This document shows, in pieces, positions 35,721 to 46,044 of a stretch of DNA of 64,000 nucleotides. Both the position numbers and the translations under genes were made by a program. How positions within the stretch are numbered: the stretch's first letter is position 1; every line of letters begins with the position of its first letter. Below the pieces are notes generated by a model. The model saw only the letters and a program-made list of their open reading frames with translations. It searched no databases and was not told the DNA's origin. Source of the stretch: Ilyomonas sp. (lineage in GTDB: Bacteria; Bacteroidota; Bacteroidia; Chitinophagales; Chitinophagaceae); assembly GCA_965199845.1 (NCBI GenBank), contig CBDATZ010000042.1:316992-380991 (forward strand), read 5' to 3'.

Positions 35721-38530
35721 GTCTTGGTTTTTCTTTTCGACGTTGATGAATCAAACATGCCACTCGTGTATTTGTCGTAGAGTTCGAAGAGGAACTCGAT
35801 GCGCTTGGTTTCATTGGGAAAAGGCTGGGGACGGTAGCAGAGGTCGACGGCTTTGTCTAAAGACTGGTGGGCTTTGACGAGGGCGGGCGGCATAGTGTTA
35901 GGATCGTAGAGGTCGGCGAGGCTGGCGTTGGGGAAAAGAGCGCGGGCATCGAGGACAGCTTGGGCAGCTACTTCGACGTTTACAATTTGTTTTTGAGAGG
36001 GATTTTCGGGAAAAGGAAAGTTGTTGTAGACAATGGTGTTTGAATAACTGTAATCGCTTTTCATTCTACCACATGTGTTTCTCATCCATGTCATATGCAT
36101 AGTTGATGTTAAGACACCAAAATGGTAATCAGTAGTATTAGGTACTATAAAAGTCTTGTCTGAAACTATGTTATCTTTAGTTAAATAAGCAATAGGAACA
36201 AATCTCCTGTTTTCTGATGATACTTTTGGAATAACTAAAAAGTCGGTTTCAGGTTGTCTTTCCTCAGCAAATAAATAAGGCATAGCTGCCATTTTCTTTG
36301 TGCCTTCTCTTGTACTTGCTAAGCGAAAAGCTTTTACTTCTTCAAATATTTTTTGAAAGTCTTTTATATCACGATATTCATTAGGCGCTATGTTCTTTAA
36401 CCATATACACCAACGTACTTTATTGTTTATAAAATCATCACCACTAATGAATCTCCTTAGATATTTTTCAGCTTTTACACTATCCTTTATCATTTGGTTC
36501 TTTGCCTCATCAGTAAGAATCAAGTAGCCCCCATCCCGCGCTGCACTACCAGACTGCATTTTCGGAATATTACAAATAGGCATCGATAATGAATTTAAGA
36601 AGTTATCACTTCCCTCTACTAAGTATGGATTTATATTCTTCACTTTTACCTCGTGTGGTTCACTTTTAATATGTTCATATTCGTAGATAACTTTGTTGGC
36701 AGTATCGGAGTTCGCAAATCCAATAATCACTACATGTACAGCAGCATTGCCTCGAGCTTCATTACGCCAGCTAAATGTTCTATGTGCAAAGTGTATTTTT
36801 ATATGGTATTTATTAAATAGCTCGTTCCATAGAATACCTACTTGTTCACCTTGTGAAATAGAATTTGTACTTACAAAGGCAACTTTTATATTAATAGCAG
36901 ATGTGTTATTTTCTTCATTGCTTCGCGAAAAAACATTTATGTAATCCGCCGCTTTTATATACCACGCAGTTACATAATCTAACATGCCAAAGGAGTTGAC
37001 ATTATAAAATATGGATGTCATATCCTTTTTCTGCTCACTATTTTGATAAGCTGTACCTATAAATGGCGGATTGCCAAAAATGTAATTGTATTTTATTTCC
37101 TCTGTTGATGGGGCGTTGGAAAGGAGGCTTTGCCAATCAGTTTGTAACGCGTTGCCGTGTTTAATGGTGGCACTCTTTTTCAGTGGTAGGCGCACATAGT
37201 ATTCGCCAAAGATTTCACTGGCCTTCATGTTCATCTGGTGATCGATGAGCCACATAGCAACCTGAGCGATCTGAGCAGGAAATTCTTCGTACTCGATGCC
37301 ATAAAACTTATCTACATCGCAAAGGAAGTAGATACCAATATCAGTGACGGTGAGACGGCGTTCAATAATATCTTTAAGCAACACTTTGACAATTTCGATT
37401 TCGAGGAGGCGTAACTCGCGGTAGGAAATGATGAGAAAGTTGCCGCAGCCACAGGCCGGATCAAGAAAACGAAGGTTGGCAATGCGTTCATGAAAGGCGT
37501 TGAGCTTAGCCTTATTATTTTTGAGGCTTATAAATTCCTTCCATAGTTCGTCGAGAAAGAGCGGTTTGATAACTTTAAGAATATTCTTTTCGCTGGTATA
37601 GTGAGCACCAAGATTGCGGCGCTCCCGTGGGTTCATTACGCTTTGAAAAAGAGAACCAAAGATGGCAGGTGATAGTTTACCCCAGTCAAGCCCGCAACAG
37701 TCTAATAACAGCCTTCTCATTTCGCTATCAAATGAAGCTGTGGGCAAATGTTCTTCAAAGAGTTTACCATTGACATAGGGAAACACTTGTAAGCTTTCAT
37801 CTATGTTCCGATAGCGCTTTTCAACCGGTGTATTCAGTACCTCAAACAACTGAGCAAGATACGGAGCCAGATCGCTGCCATCTTCACGGGTACGCAATTC
37901 TATATAGTCTTGAAACAGTCCACGCTCGTCATAAATGTTTGTATCATCAGCAAACAGACAGAATAATAAACGAACCAGATACAGTTCCAGCGGGTGTCCT
38001 TCGTACCCAATAACTTTCAGCTTATCATGTAATTTTCCCATTAGGGCTGCGGCCTCTATGTTAACCGGGTCTTGTTCTTTGTAAGTGCGCTTTTGATACC
38101 CGGCTATGAATCCAAATAGGTGAACGTTGTTGACGAAATCTTTCAAAAGAAAAGTACTTTCGCTTCTCTCCTCGAGGTCATAGAGATTGAACCGTTCAAA
38201 GTCGCTGACAAGAAGGTAACGCGGGAGTTCTGCATCTTTAAGACCGGGGAAATAGTCCTTCGCCTGCTGATATGCACGGTTTAAATCTTTACCCCGTGAC
38301 TTATGTTCAATAAGAATAACTCCTTTCCAAAGAAGGTCAATGAAACCACTCTTATCATCAATCTTTTTAACCTGTTGCTCGAACGTGGCAACTCGACGGC
38401 GACTGATGCCAAATACATTAAAGAAATCATCCCAGAAAGATTTGGCTTCTGCATCTTCGCTTGTTTCATTTTTCCACTCGTTAGAGAAAGATACGGCTCG
38501 GCTTTTAATTTCATTCCAGCTTAAAGGCAT
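35717..38530 (-). CDS. MmeI/YeeA-like Type IIL restriction-modification enzyme (adenine MTase, TRD, N-terminal nuclease motif)
   Basis: IDLLWKGVILIEHKS, GAHYT, LDPACGCGNF, GNPPF, YNNFPFP. Confidence 0.9.
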   Translation of the reverse strand: MPLSWNEIKSRAVSFSNEWKNETSEDAEAKSFWDDFFNVFGISRRRVATFEQQVKKIDDKSGFIDLLWKGVILIEHKSRGKDLNRAYQQAKDYFPGLKDAELPRYLLVSDFERFNLYDLEERSESTFLLKDFVNNVHLFGFIAGYQKRTYKEQDPVNIEAAALMGKLHDKLKVIGYEGHPLELYLVRLLFCLFADDTNIYDERGLFQDYIELRTREDGSDLAPYLAQLFEVLNTPVEKRYRNIDESLQVFPYVNGKLFEEHLPTASFDSEMRRLLLDCCGLDWGKLSPAIFGSLFQSVMNPRERRNLGAHYTSEKNILKVIKPLFLDELWKEFISLKNNKAKLNAFHERIANLRFLDPACGCGNFLIISYRELRLLEIEIVKVLLKDIIERRLTVTDIGIYFLCDVDKFYGIEYEEFPAQIAQVAMWLIDHQMNMKASEIFGEYYVRLPLKKSATIKHGNALQTDWQSLLSNAPSTEEIKYNYIFGNPPFIGTAYQNSEQKKDMTSIFYNVNSFGMLDYVTAWYIKAADYINVFSRSNEENNTSAINIKVAFVSTNSISQGEQVGILWNELFNKYHIKIHFAHRTFSWRNEARGNAAVHVVIIGFANSDTANKVIYEYEHIKSEPHEVKVKNINPYLVEGSDNFLNSLSMPICNIPKMQSGSAARDGGYLILTDEAKNQMIKDSVKAEKYLRRFISGDDFINNKVRWCIWLKNIAPNEYRDIKDFQKIFEEVKAFRLASTREGTKKMAAMPYLFAEERQPETDFLVIPKVSSENRRFVPIAYLTKDNIVSDKTFIVPNTTDYHFGVLTSTMHMTWMRNTCGRMKSDYSYSNTIVYNNFPFPENPSQKQIVNVEVAAQAVLDARALFPNASLADLYDPNTMPPALVKAHQSLDKAVDLCYRPQPFPNETKRIEFLFELYDKYTSGMFDSSTSKRKTKT

Positions 38531-38639
38531 TTAAAAACAGTTATGTTCAAAAATAAAATAATTGTTTAGTTGCTTTGATATTTCTAAATGAACCAACTAT
38601 TTTTTTTGTAATTATTAAATCCCGTGCTAATTAGTGAGA

Positions 38640-38925
38640 ATACCTTTACGTGGTGAAATGATAACATGGATTGTGGTTCCTTTGCGCTTTAGTTCTTTGT
38701 CTACATCAGGAAAGAGCTTTTCAAGATCATTTAGGTGGGGCTCGGTGGTCTCTCTTTGCAAAAAGGTCGTCGAGCTCTTTGTCATTGAGTCGGCTAATCT
38801 CTTAAAATGTATAACATGAGTCTTGAAAAGCTTGAATATACTTCTTAGCTGAAAGGCGGGAATAGGTCTGTCGAGGCTGCAATTGAAAGCCGGTTAGTTT
38901 CTTGTGTATCGAGGCGAATGTGAGT
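38640..38925 (-). pseudogene. IS21-family IstA N-terminal remnant
   Basis: Manual translation across stops/frameshifts: LSIAASTD...KKYIQAFQDSCYTF*EISRLNDKELDDLF...LEKLFPDVDKELKRKG, resembling Bacteroidota IstA N-termini. Confidence 0.65.
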
Positions 38926-38984
38926 GAAGTTAAGTTGTTAATATTTTATTGCTCAACTATATTCACAATGCTCAGAATACAAAT

Positions 38985-39047
38985 GATTATAGCGAACGAA
39001 ATGATAAGTGTATACTCGTCAACCAGTATAGCAGAAAATCTCATGTT
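38985..39047 (-). repeat. Partial attC-like site (left end of array 1)
   Basis: ATAGCGAACGAAATG...CGTCAACCAGTATAGCAGAAAATCTCAT-GTT; other arm not found. Confidence 0.7.
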
Positions 39048-39083
39048 ATATGCAGTTGTCATGGACTACACATATAGCTATTA

Positions 39084-39992
39084 TCAATTTTTGATATTTC
39101 TACCAAATTCCTCAATTCTTTCAGATGTGGAAATCGTCTTAGCCTTTCCTTTCACCATTGTTTCTGTTACATAAACTAACTGACCTTTCTTATGAGTATA
39201 GTAATCTGATTGAAGCAACCTGAAATACCCTTTTCTAAAATGGGGTATTTTCGAAACTTGTGTACTGTCAGAATCAGTTATTTTTTCTGATAGGCTGAAA
39301 ATGACATTTCGTTCAGATCTCTTTTCATCTTTATCAAGTGTAATTTTTGGAACTCCCTCAGACACACATTCCGGAAAGTATTTCATATATGCTATCGTAT
39401 TGATAGCGAGCCTAAACATTTTTGAACTCATTACAGACTTCTCATCCTGCTTTTTAACCTGATCAATGTAAAATTTTTCCGATGTAAGACCATTAATAGA
39501 TTCATTGTGTGAGAAAAAAAGTTCGATTGTTTTATTTTCATAGAGGCTGAGAGAAAAAGCATACCCATTTGTTTCATAGGGTATGTGCAAGCCAAAAGTA
39601 TATATCACACATTTAGTTTTGCCTGACGTTTTGATGTAAACTACATCCTTTTCATCACCATTTTCGTACAAGTATTTTCTAATTCCTTCCAAGTCTGGCA
39701 ACGGTGTGTTTTCAAGAAAATCTCGTAACCGATTTTCTAAGAAAAAAATGTGCAGAAAATTTCCTTTCAAATCATCCATCCATAATTGCAATCCAAACAT
39801 CATTAGTTCATTAGACTCAAAGTTTTCATGATCTGCCAACGATATGTTTATCATGTTGCGTCTAAGCATTAAAAAAATATACTCATCAGGAATGTCCGGC
39901 GTGAGTTTCTTTTGTACTCCATAAAGATTTTTCCAAATAAATTTTAAAGGGGTACTGTACCATATTTTCTTAGCCATGTAGATAATTATCAA
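39084..39992 (-). CDS. Hypothetical cassette protein
   Basis: ~300 aa with C-terminal PHFRKGYFR motif; bounded by GTTATATGCA/TGCATATAAC. Confidence 0.8.
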   Translation of the reverse strand: MIIIYMAKKIWYSTPLKFIWKNLYGVQKKLTPDIPDEYIFLMLRRNMINISLADHENFESNELMMFGLQLWMDDLKGNFLHIFFLENRLRDFLENTPLPDLEGIRKYLYENGDEKDVVYIKTSGKTKCVIYTFGLHIPYETNGYAFSLSLYENKTIELFFSHNESINGLTSEKFYIDQVKKQDEKSVMSSKMFRLAINTIAYMKYFPECVSEGVPKITLDKDEKRSERNVIFSLSEKITDSDSTQVSKIPHFRKGYFRLLQSDYYTHKKGQLVYVTETMVKGKAKTISTSERIEEFGRNIKN

Positions 39993-40047
39993 AAAGTGAG
40001 AAAGTGTATACTTTTATGGTTTCGTCATGGAAATAATAATTGCATAT

Positions 40048-40233
40048 AACGAACGCGGCTTGCTGCTGTGCTGGGATTTTACAACGTCCAGCCCGGAACT
40101 GAAGCCAATAGATTTACTTATGATGAATTTATGAACTAAAGCCGAATATAATTACGTCTGACCGAACCGCTGCTGATAGCGAACAAAAAGATGAAGATTT
40201 ATTCGCCAGCCAGCATAGCAGCAAGCCCATGTT
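40048..40233 (-). repeat. attC-like site (long class)
   Basis: AAC..GGCTTGCTGCTGTGCTGG...CCAGCATAGCAGCAAGCC..GTT. Confidence 0.9.
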
Positions 40234-40244
40234 GTAGGCAATGC

Positions 40245-42303
40245 TTAACTCAATTTAAGTTTGTCAAAAAGAATTTTATTTCTTTGCTTGGCATCTTTTA
40301 TTACCTTCTTAAATGGCAAAACTTCTATATACGCTCTGGAAACATTTGTGTTATAGAATTTGAAATATCCTAACCCATCTGGAGTTGGGTCAAAGGCTTC
40401 ATATTCTAAAATGTCGTATAAAGTCTCCGTAATGTCAGCTACTATGTAACAATAGAATGGAGTATTTTTACTTGCTCCGAGCGACTTCCCCTTGAGCTTA
40501 AATTTATTTTTTATTATTTCATCTATATAAGACCTGACTTGCTTAATAGGGTCTTTCTTCCTGTCGCCGTGTTTATAGTCGTTTCGTTCAGGTTTCTTAA
40601 ACTCAATTATTGTAAATGATTCAAACGGTATTTTTTCCTCAGAATAAAGCACCGCATTTTCAAACACTTCATCTTGTCTAACTATTAAATCCATTCGGTC
40701 GGTTGCAGTCGACTCTAAAGTTTCTATTTGATTAAACATTTTGTCGGACGCCAAAAGGGAATTAAACGTTAGGCGTTCATCCAATAACCATAGATTTTGC
40801 TTTTCATGAGTAATAGATTCTTTAGTCTCACGAATTGGGAAAAACAAACTGTGTATAATTTCTTCGTTTTCAAACTTATTTACTTGATTTAACTCAATCA
40901 ATTTATCCAGTAAATCAATTACAGACCTACGATGAACCATGTAGCGAGCTAAATCAGATTGCCCAACTTCATTAAACTCTGTAAGGAATTTTTCATACAA
41001 ATATTTATATTCGTCTAAAGTTGTGATGTCTTTTTTCTTTTCAAGTAGTTCAATTCCTTCTTTTTTTACTTCCAAACGCCACTGGCTTTCGATTTCATAA
41101 AGTCTTAAATCTAATTCGCTTTTTGTTAATCCAGCAGGAAGCTTTTCAACCTTTTCTTTATTGTAATTGATAACGCCGAGATAGTTTGGATATTCTGTTT
41201 CTATGATTGGGTAATAGCTCTCTAATTTTTGTTGCCTTGTTATTTGTAGAAAGTCTTTAAGCAATTCTTCTACCGTTGCTATTGTCTCCTTTCTAATTTT
41301 AGCCAAGGAAATTTCTTCAAAGTCTAATTCCTCCTCCTCATTATCATCTGTTTTAAAATCAAAATTTGTTCTTTCCTCATTAACATTTTCATTTAAATAC
41401 TCGCCAATTATAAAAATTTGATAGAAGTATCCAATTCCCACTTCTGGATTAATCTGAAATCTTAAATCTTCAATATATTTTGAAACTCCTTCTTCCTTGA
41501 CAACTCGATTGTGTGCACAATAGTGAAATTTGTGACTTTTTGCTTTATACGATTTTGAAATTATAACTTTAAACTCTTTGTCATTTATGTGAAATGATTT
41601 TTGAAGAATTTGCCTTTCAAACTCTTGATTGAAAAGGTTGGTTAAATTTACTTCAACATTATTTTGATTTCTAACAATAATGATTGGTTCAATTTTTTGA
41701 ATGTAGTAGAGTTGGAAATGATTAATTACCTCTCTTGCAATTTCGTAAATGTTTATAGGCACAAATTTTTGAAACTCTAAATCATACTTAAATAGTTCTA
41801 TAACTGTGGCTGTATTGGTCTTATTGGTTTGAATATCATCCTCATAGTTGTCAAATCCTTCCTTTGTCTTTTTATATTCAAATCGGCGAAGTTTGAAGGA
41901 ATCATTGTCGTTGTAAATACTTTCTACTTTAAGCTTTTCAAAAGCTTTTAAACATACTAAGCGTCCAATACCTTTTCTCTCCGATTTTTGCCTTCCTTTC
42001 TGTGTCAAATTCAGAAAAGGCTTTGATATTATCAGCGTCAAATCCAACTCCGTTATCTGCAATTCTGAAAGAATGAATGGGATAGTTGTCAATGTCTGGT
42101 AATACTTTTAGTGTATCAGGGTCGCCATTTCGGATAATGTCGACTATTATTTGACCGTCCAATTTAGGTTGGAATTCTTTTTTATCTTGGATAGCATGAA
42201 TAGAATTACTAAGAACTTCGAAAAGTGGTAGCAGAGGTTTTGTCCGTGGAAGATGAAGTTTATTTACCCTATTTTTCAGATTCGTCGAAGTTTGTGGAAG
42301 CAT
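40245..42303 (-). CDS. GHKL/HATPase fused to PD-(D/E)xK-like nuclease, frameshifted near 41980 (cassette)
   Basis: EVLSNSIHA, DNGVGF, G.KGIGR split across two ORFs; C-terminal RMDL...IIEFKKP. Confidence 0.75.
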
Positions 42304-42364
42304 GTTTTTATTTTATAAAAGCTATTTAAATTTTTAGGGCGAGGCAGTCTGTCGCATTGCCTAC

Positions 42365-42489
42365 AACGTCTCCAGCTTTCTATTGTGCTGGCATCAGCAT
42401 TGCGTCAGCCGAATAACTTACTGAAGATAAATAGAATTTCGAATGTTGAGGTGAGTGGTGTGAGCCAGCATAGCAGAAAACTTCTTGTT
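42365..42489 (-). repeat. attC-like site (short class)
   Basis: AAC..TTTCTATTGTGCTGGC...GCCAGCATAGCAGAAA..GTT. Confidence 0.88.
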
Positions 42490-42499
42490 GTGCGGTCAT

Positions 42500-42966
42500 T
42501 TACTTTTTTGTCGGATCATACTTTGCAAAGTCAGGTCTGTCCTCATGCGTCCATGTCAACCTATATCCCGTCTCCATAATTTTCATATCCCAATTTCTTG
42601 TTATTTTAAAATGTTGTTCTGGAAAACTTGCGATCCAACTTGTAATAACAATGATAATAGTTGACAGCGTCCACAAAATACCTGTCAGAATCGTAGCAAT
42701 TTTTACTTGTGTCAAATAGCGATTGATAATAGTTATAAGTAGAACTAAAACAGAAAATAAATAAAAAAGTCAAAGACGAGCTCAAGAACGAAAATTTGTA
42801 ATGACATTGATGTAAACCAACCGTCACTTAGAAAAACTAACGGAAAACCTATCATCATTGTGTCTGGTGCCTCAATAGGTAATACATACTACCACTTTGT
42901 AATTGCCCCAAAGGAAATTATAGTCAACGGTAATATTAGTCGCCACAATAATTGCTTTGTTGTCAT
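42500..42966 (-). pseudogene. Membrane protein cassette gene with internal stop and frameshift
   Basis: MTTKQLLWRLILPLTIISFGAITKW*YVLPIEAPDTMMIGFP... continuing in another frame to 42500. Confidence 0.6.
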
Positions 42967-42995
42967 GTTAGAAAGAGTCGAATTAAATAACGCAT

Positions 42996-43118
42996 AACGT
43001 TCAAGTGTTTATGAAGTTGTGGCATTTGAAAACGTCCGTTTCAATAAACTACAAAAGCAAAATAGCGATTTATAATCGAATGCTCAACCTCCAGCCACAA
43101 TTTTATAAACACAATGTT
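42996..43118 (-). repeat. attC-like site (short class)
   Basis: AAC..GTGTTTATGAAGTTGTGGC...GCCACAATTTTATAAACAC..GTT. Confidence 0.9.
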
Positions 43119-43135
43119 AGCGGCAGGTATGTCTA

Positions 43136-43690
43136 TCAAGTTGTTTTAAACTTCAAGTTGCGAAAAGGACGTCCAAAATTTCTTTTAAATTCCACATCAT
43201 TGTAGCCATGCTGTTTGCAATAGTCAATCACGCTATTAACTTCCTGTTTGTTCGCTTTGTATCCAAAATATATCGTTTTTAAACACTCTTTTTTGAAAGC
43301 TTTGGCTCCACCTGTATTTGAAAGAATCCTCCACTCATCTTCATATTCCCAGACAAACCATTCTACACTTGTTTCCGAATAGAAGAAATTGCTATTGAAT
43401 AAGTCATCAATGAGTTTTTTATCCTTCAAAGTTGTAAAAAGTATTTGGAAAAATCGTTTTGAATCAATCTGATAAAATAAGGGCAACTGCGATTGCATTT
43501 CTTGATAGAAGGTGTCAGACGCCTCCTCAATTGCTTCACTAATAAAATCATCCGCTATATTAAAGCGTCCTTCAAATAAGTCATTTAATTCTCTACGAGA
43601 GGAAAACCATAGAGCGGTATTAGCAATTAATTTAAAGAAATTGCTGTTGATGCTGTGGTACTTATAATAAGTGGTCGGTTTGTTACTCAT
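43136..43690 (-). CDS. DUF2971-like protein, possibly internally deleted (cassette)
   Basis: YYKY..LWFS...LNDLFEG, WEYEDEWR, IYFG. Confidence 0.65.
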   Translation of the reverse strand: MSNKPTTYYKYHSINSNFFKLIANTALWFSSRRELNDLFEGRFNIADDFISEAIEEASDTFYQEMQSQLPLFYQIDSKRFFQILFTTLKDKKLIDDLFNSNFFYSETSVEWFVWEYEDEWRILSNTGGAKAFKKECLKTIYFGYKANKQEVNSVIDYCKQHGYNDVEFKRNFGRPFRNLKFKTT

Positions 43691-43704
43691 TTTTACTTGC
43701 CGCT

Positions 43705-43829
43705 AACGGTCAACTGCTTGGCAAAGCAGCGGACTTAATTGATTTGTCAGACTAAATGTAGAACAAAAGTTCAACAAAGTTAATTTGATCAATAAGTTGA
43801 GTCAGCCGCTGTTTTGGCAAGCACCTGTT
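43705..43829 (-). repeat. attC-like site (short class)
   Basis: AAC..TGCTTGGCAAAGCAGCGG...CCGCTGTTTTGGCAAGCA..GTT. Confidence 0.9.
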
Positions 43830-43977
43830 AAGCGCAGACTTTAGTTTGTCAACCTGAGGTTGACATTGGCAGCCGCACAAAACAAAACAGTTTTACAAAA
43901 TAAAGTGCTCGTTTAGAAGAATCGAATTACAAGAGCTAAACAAACCGAAGAATGGCAGTTGTCAAAAAGTTGTGCTT

Positions 43978-44165
43978 ATCGAACAGGACTTACTGCTGTG
44001 GCGGTATTCATTGAACGTCCAGCCTGTAACCACTGCCCCGTTTTATTTTATTGTTGAAGTTATGAACTAAAGCTTGCATTTATTCGTCACGCTGGAACTG
44101 AAGTGATTCCTGCACATAGTCGAAGTTTATTCCGTCACCTCCGCCATAGCAGCAAACCCCATGTT
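43978..44165 (-). repeat. attC-like site (long class; core AAC>ATC)
   Basis: ATC..TTACTGCTGTGGCGG...CCGCCATAGCAGCAA..GTT. Confidence 0.82.
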
Positions 44166-45060
44166 ACATGCCGTTATTGAAGTTCTTACGTAGCTTGTCT
44201 GTCGATGTCGAAAGTTCGTCTGCTTTACTATTTAAGGAGTTATGAAATAACAACAAGTCCTCTGCTAAAGCTTTACTTTGTAATTCAATAGCAGAATAAA
44301 AGCTTGTCGCTCCTTTTAAAGTAATCATTATGTCATTACATTCGGGAGTGTTAGGAAAGTTTTGAGCCAAGTAATTCTTTACTGGAATTACAAACGAGTT
44401 TAAAGCATATGTCAAATCCTCTACGTCAGTTTGATTGTTATAAAATCCCTGAATTGATTGGTTAATAAAGTGAAGCAATTGCTGTTGATTTTGTAATCTC
44501 GGGTTTATAAGAAGCAATGCGGATTTCTGCAATCCTAAGCTAAGATATTCCGCAAACTTTTTCTTTCTTTCAGTTATCGAAAGATATTCCTTTTCAAGAA
44601 ACGATTTTAACTCGTCGATGGTTTGGTCAATAAAATCAATATAACCATACAAATTCTTAAAAGACTTGTATGAACTTTTGTTTCGTTTGTACTTTGCCAG
44701 ATAAGCATGATAAAAGCTTTCTTGGTCAACTTTATTAGCAAGCCGTTGCAAGTCATGATTTGCTTGAAATTGCAACAGATGTAGTTTAGTCGGTTCTTGG
44801 TCAATCTTTTCAGAAAGCGTCTTGCAATTTGTCGCCTGCGTTTTACTATAGTTGATAATACTTTCCAAAAGTGAAGAGACATACTTCAACTTGTCCTTTT
44901 GTTGAACCCAGACTTGCCAATAGTAAAGAGCAAGAGCTCCGATTACACCAATAAATGCTCCAAAAGCATTTATTAGTAAATCTTTCCACCACGAACTTTG
45001 TCCATCTGGAAAACTAAAGTCACCTGACTGAAAGTAAATTTGTAGAAGTTGGAGGTTCAT
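44164..45060 (-). CDS. Hypothetical protein with N-terminal TM segment and helical domain (cassette)
   Basis: 298 aa; TAA stop lies inside the core (GTTA on + strand). Confidence 0.8.
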   Translation of the reverse strand: MNLQLLQIYFQSGDFSFPDGQSSWWKDLLINAFGAFIGVIGALALYYWQVWVQQKDKLKYVSSLLESIINYSKTQATNCKTLSEKIDQEPTKLHLLQFQANHDLQRLANKVDQESFYHAYLAKYKRNKSSYKSFKNLYGYIDFIDQTIDELKSFLEKEYLSITERKKKFAEYLSLGLQKSALLLINPRLQNQQQLLHFINQSIQGFYNNQTDVEDLTYALNSFVIPVKNYLAQNFPNTPECNDIMITLKGATSFYSAIELQSKALAEDLLLFHNSLNSKADELSTSTDKLRKNFNNGM

Positions 45061-45074
45061 TTATAATGGCATGT

Positions 45075-45201
45075 AACGTGCTGCTGCTTGCCGCATGTAG
45101 CGGGATTGGCAGCACTTATGTTGATTTATGGTTTAAAGCTATACAAAATATTCTATTACTCATATCTGTTCGTTAAACCGCTATTGCGGTAAGCATATGT
45201 T
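45075..45201 (-). repeat. attC-like site (short class)
   Basis: AAC..TGCTTGCCGCATGTAGCGG...CCGCTATTGCGGTAAGCA..GTT. Confidence 0.88.
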
Positions 45202-45209
45202 ACCTGCTT

Positions 45210-45896
45210 TTATTCCGTAATGGGCTGTTCCAACCAGTAAATATTTTCTCTGATGAGGTTAAATCCTTCATCTAAATTGGCAAAATGGACTTGCCGACTA
45301 TTAGGTGGTAAATTAGCAAAATATTTTTCACTTCTATTTTCCCAACGGTTTGCAGCTATACATAAATAATGACCAATACCATCCTTGTTATTACTAAAGC
45401 TAATTCTTCCTAAACTTGAATACGGATATAGCTTATTGAGTACAGGGTCGTTCATTGCATCTTCTAAGATTTTAGCATTGATGTCAAAATGCAAGCTTTC
45501 ACTGCTGTATTCCTCCTTGAAAAAGAAATTCTTCAGCTTATTCCAAGCTTTTATCAATCCTTTACTGAATACTGTTTTAGTAGAAGCAAAATCTTGAAAA
45601 ACTTCCACCTCAAAAAATTTATTCTTCAACGTACTAACGGATGACTTTTGTCCTAACCAAAGGTCAAAAAGTTGCGCTAATTTCAAAGTTTCAGATGTTA
45701 GAAAACGTGCATAGCAAAATTCCTTTTCTGATAATGTAATTCCCCAAAGTCCTTCGTAAGCATGAACAGAAATTGTCCTTGAAGCATCATGAACATACAC
45801 TATGTTTTGTGTAAATGTACCATCAACAGTCAGTCCAAGAGATACTGAAGAGCCAAAATCCCGAAGATGTTTTTGTATAATTTCAGAAATGGTCAT
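45210..45896 (-). CDS. Hypothetical cassette protein
   Basis: Start moved to MTISEIIQ (45896) because the longer ORF runs into the attC-like site. Confidence 0.7.
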   Translation of the reverse strand: MTISEIIQKHLRDFGSSVSLGLTVDGTFTQNIVYVHDASRTISVHAYEGLWGITLSEKEFCYARFLTSETLKLAQLFDLWLGQKSSVSTLKNKFFEVEVFQDFASTKTVFSKGLIKAWNKLKNFFFKEEYSSESLHFDINAKILEDAMNDPVLNKLYPYSSLGRISFSNNKDGIGHYLCIAANRWENRSEKYFANLPPNSRQVHFANLDEGFNLIRENIYWLEQPITE

Positions 45897-45911
45897 TTTA
45901 TAATTGCAGGC

Positions 45912-46035
45912 AACTTTAAAGTGTTTATGAAGTTGTAGCATTTGAAAAACATCCGTTTCAATAAACTACAAAAGCAAAATAGCGATTAAAAGCCGAATGC
46001 TCATTCATCCCGCCACAATTATATAACACACTGTT
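45912..46035 (-). repeat. attC-like site (short class; near copy of 42996-43118)
   Basis: Shares TCCGTTTCAATAAACTACAAAAGCAAAATAGCGATT with the 42996 site. Confidence 0.88.
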
Positions 46036-46044
46036 GGCTGCATA

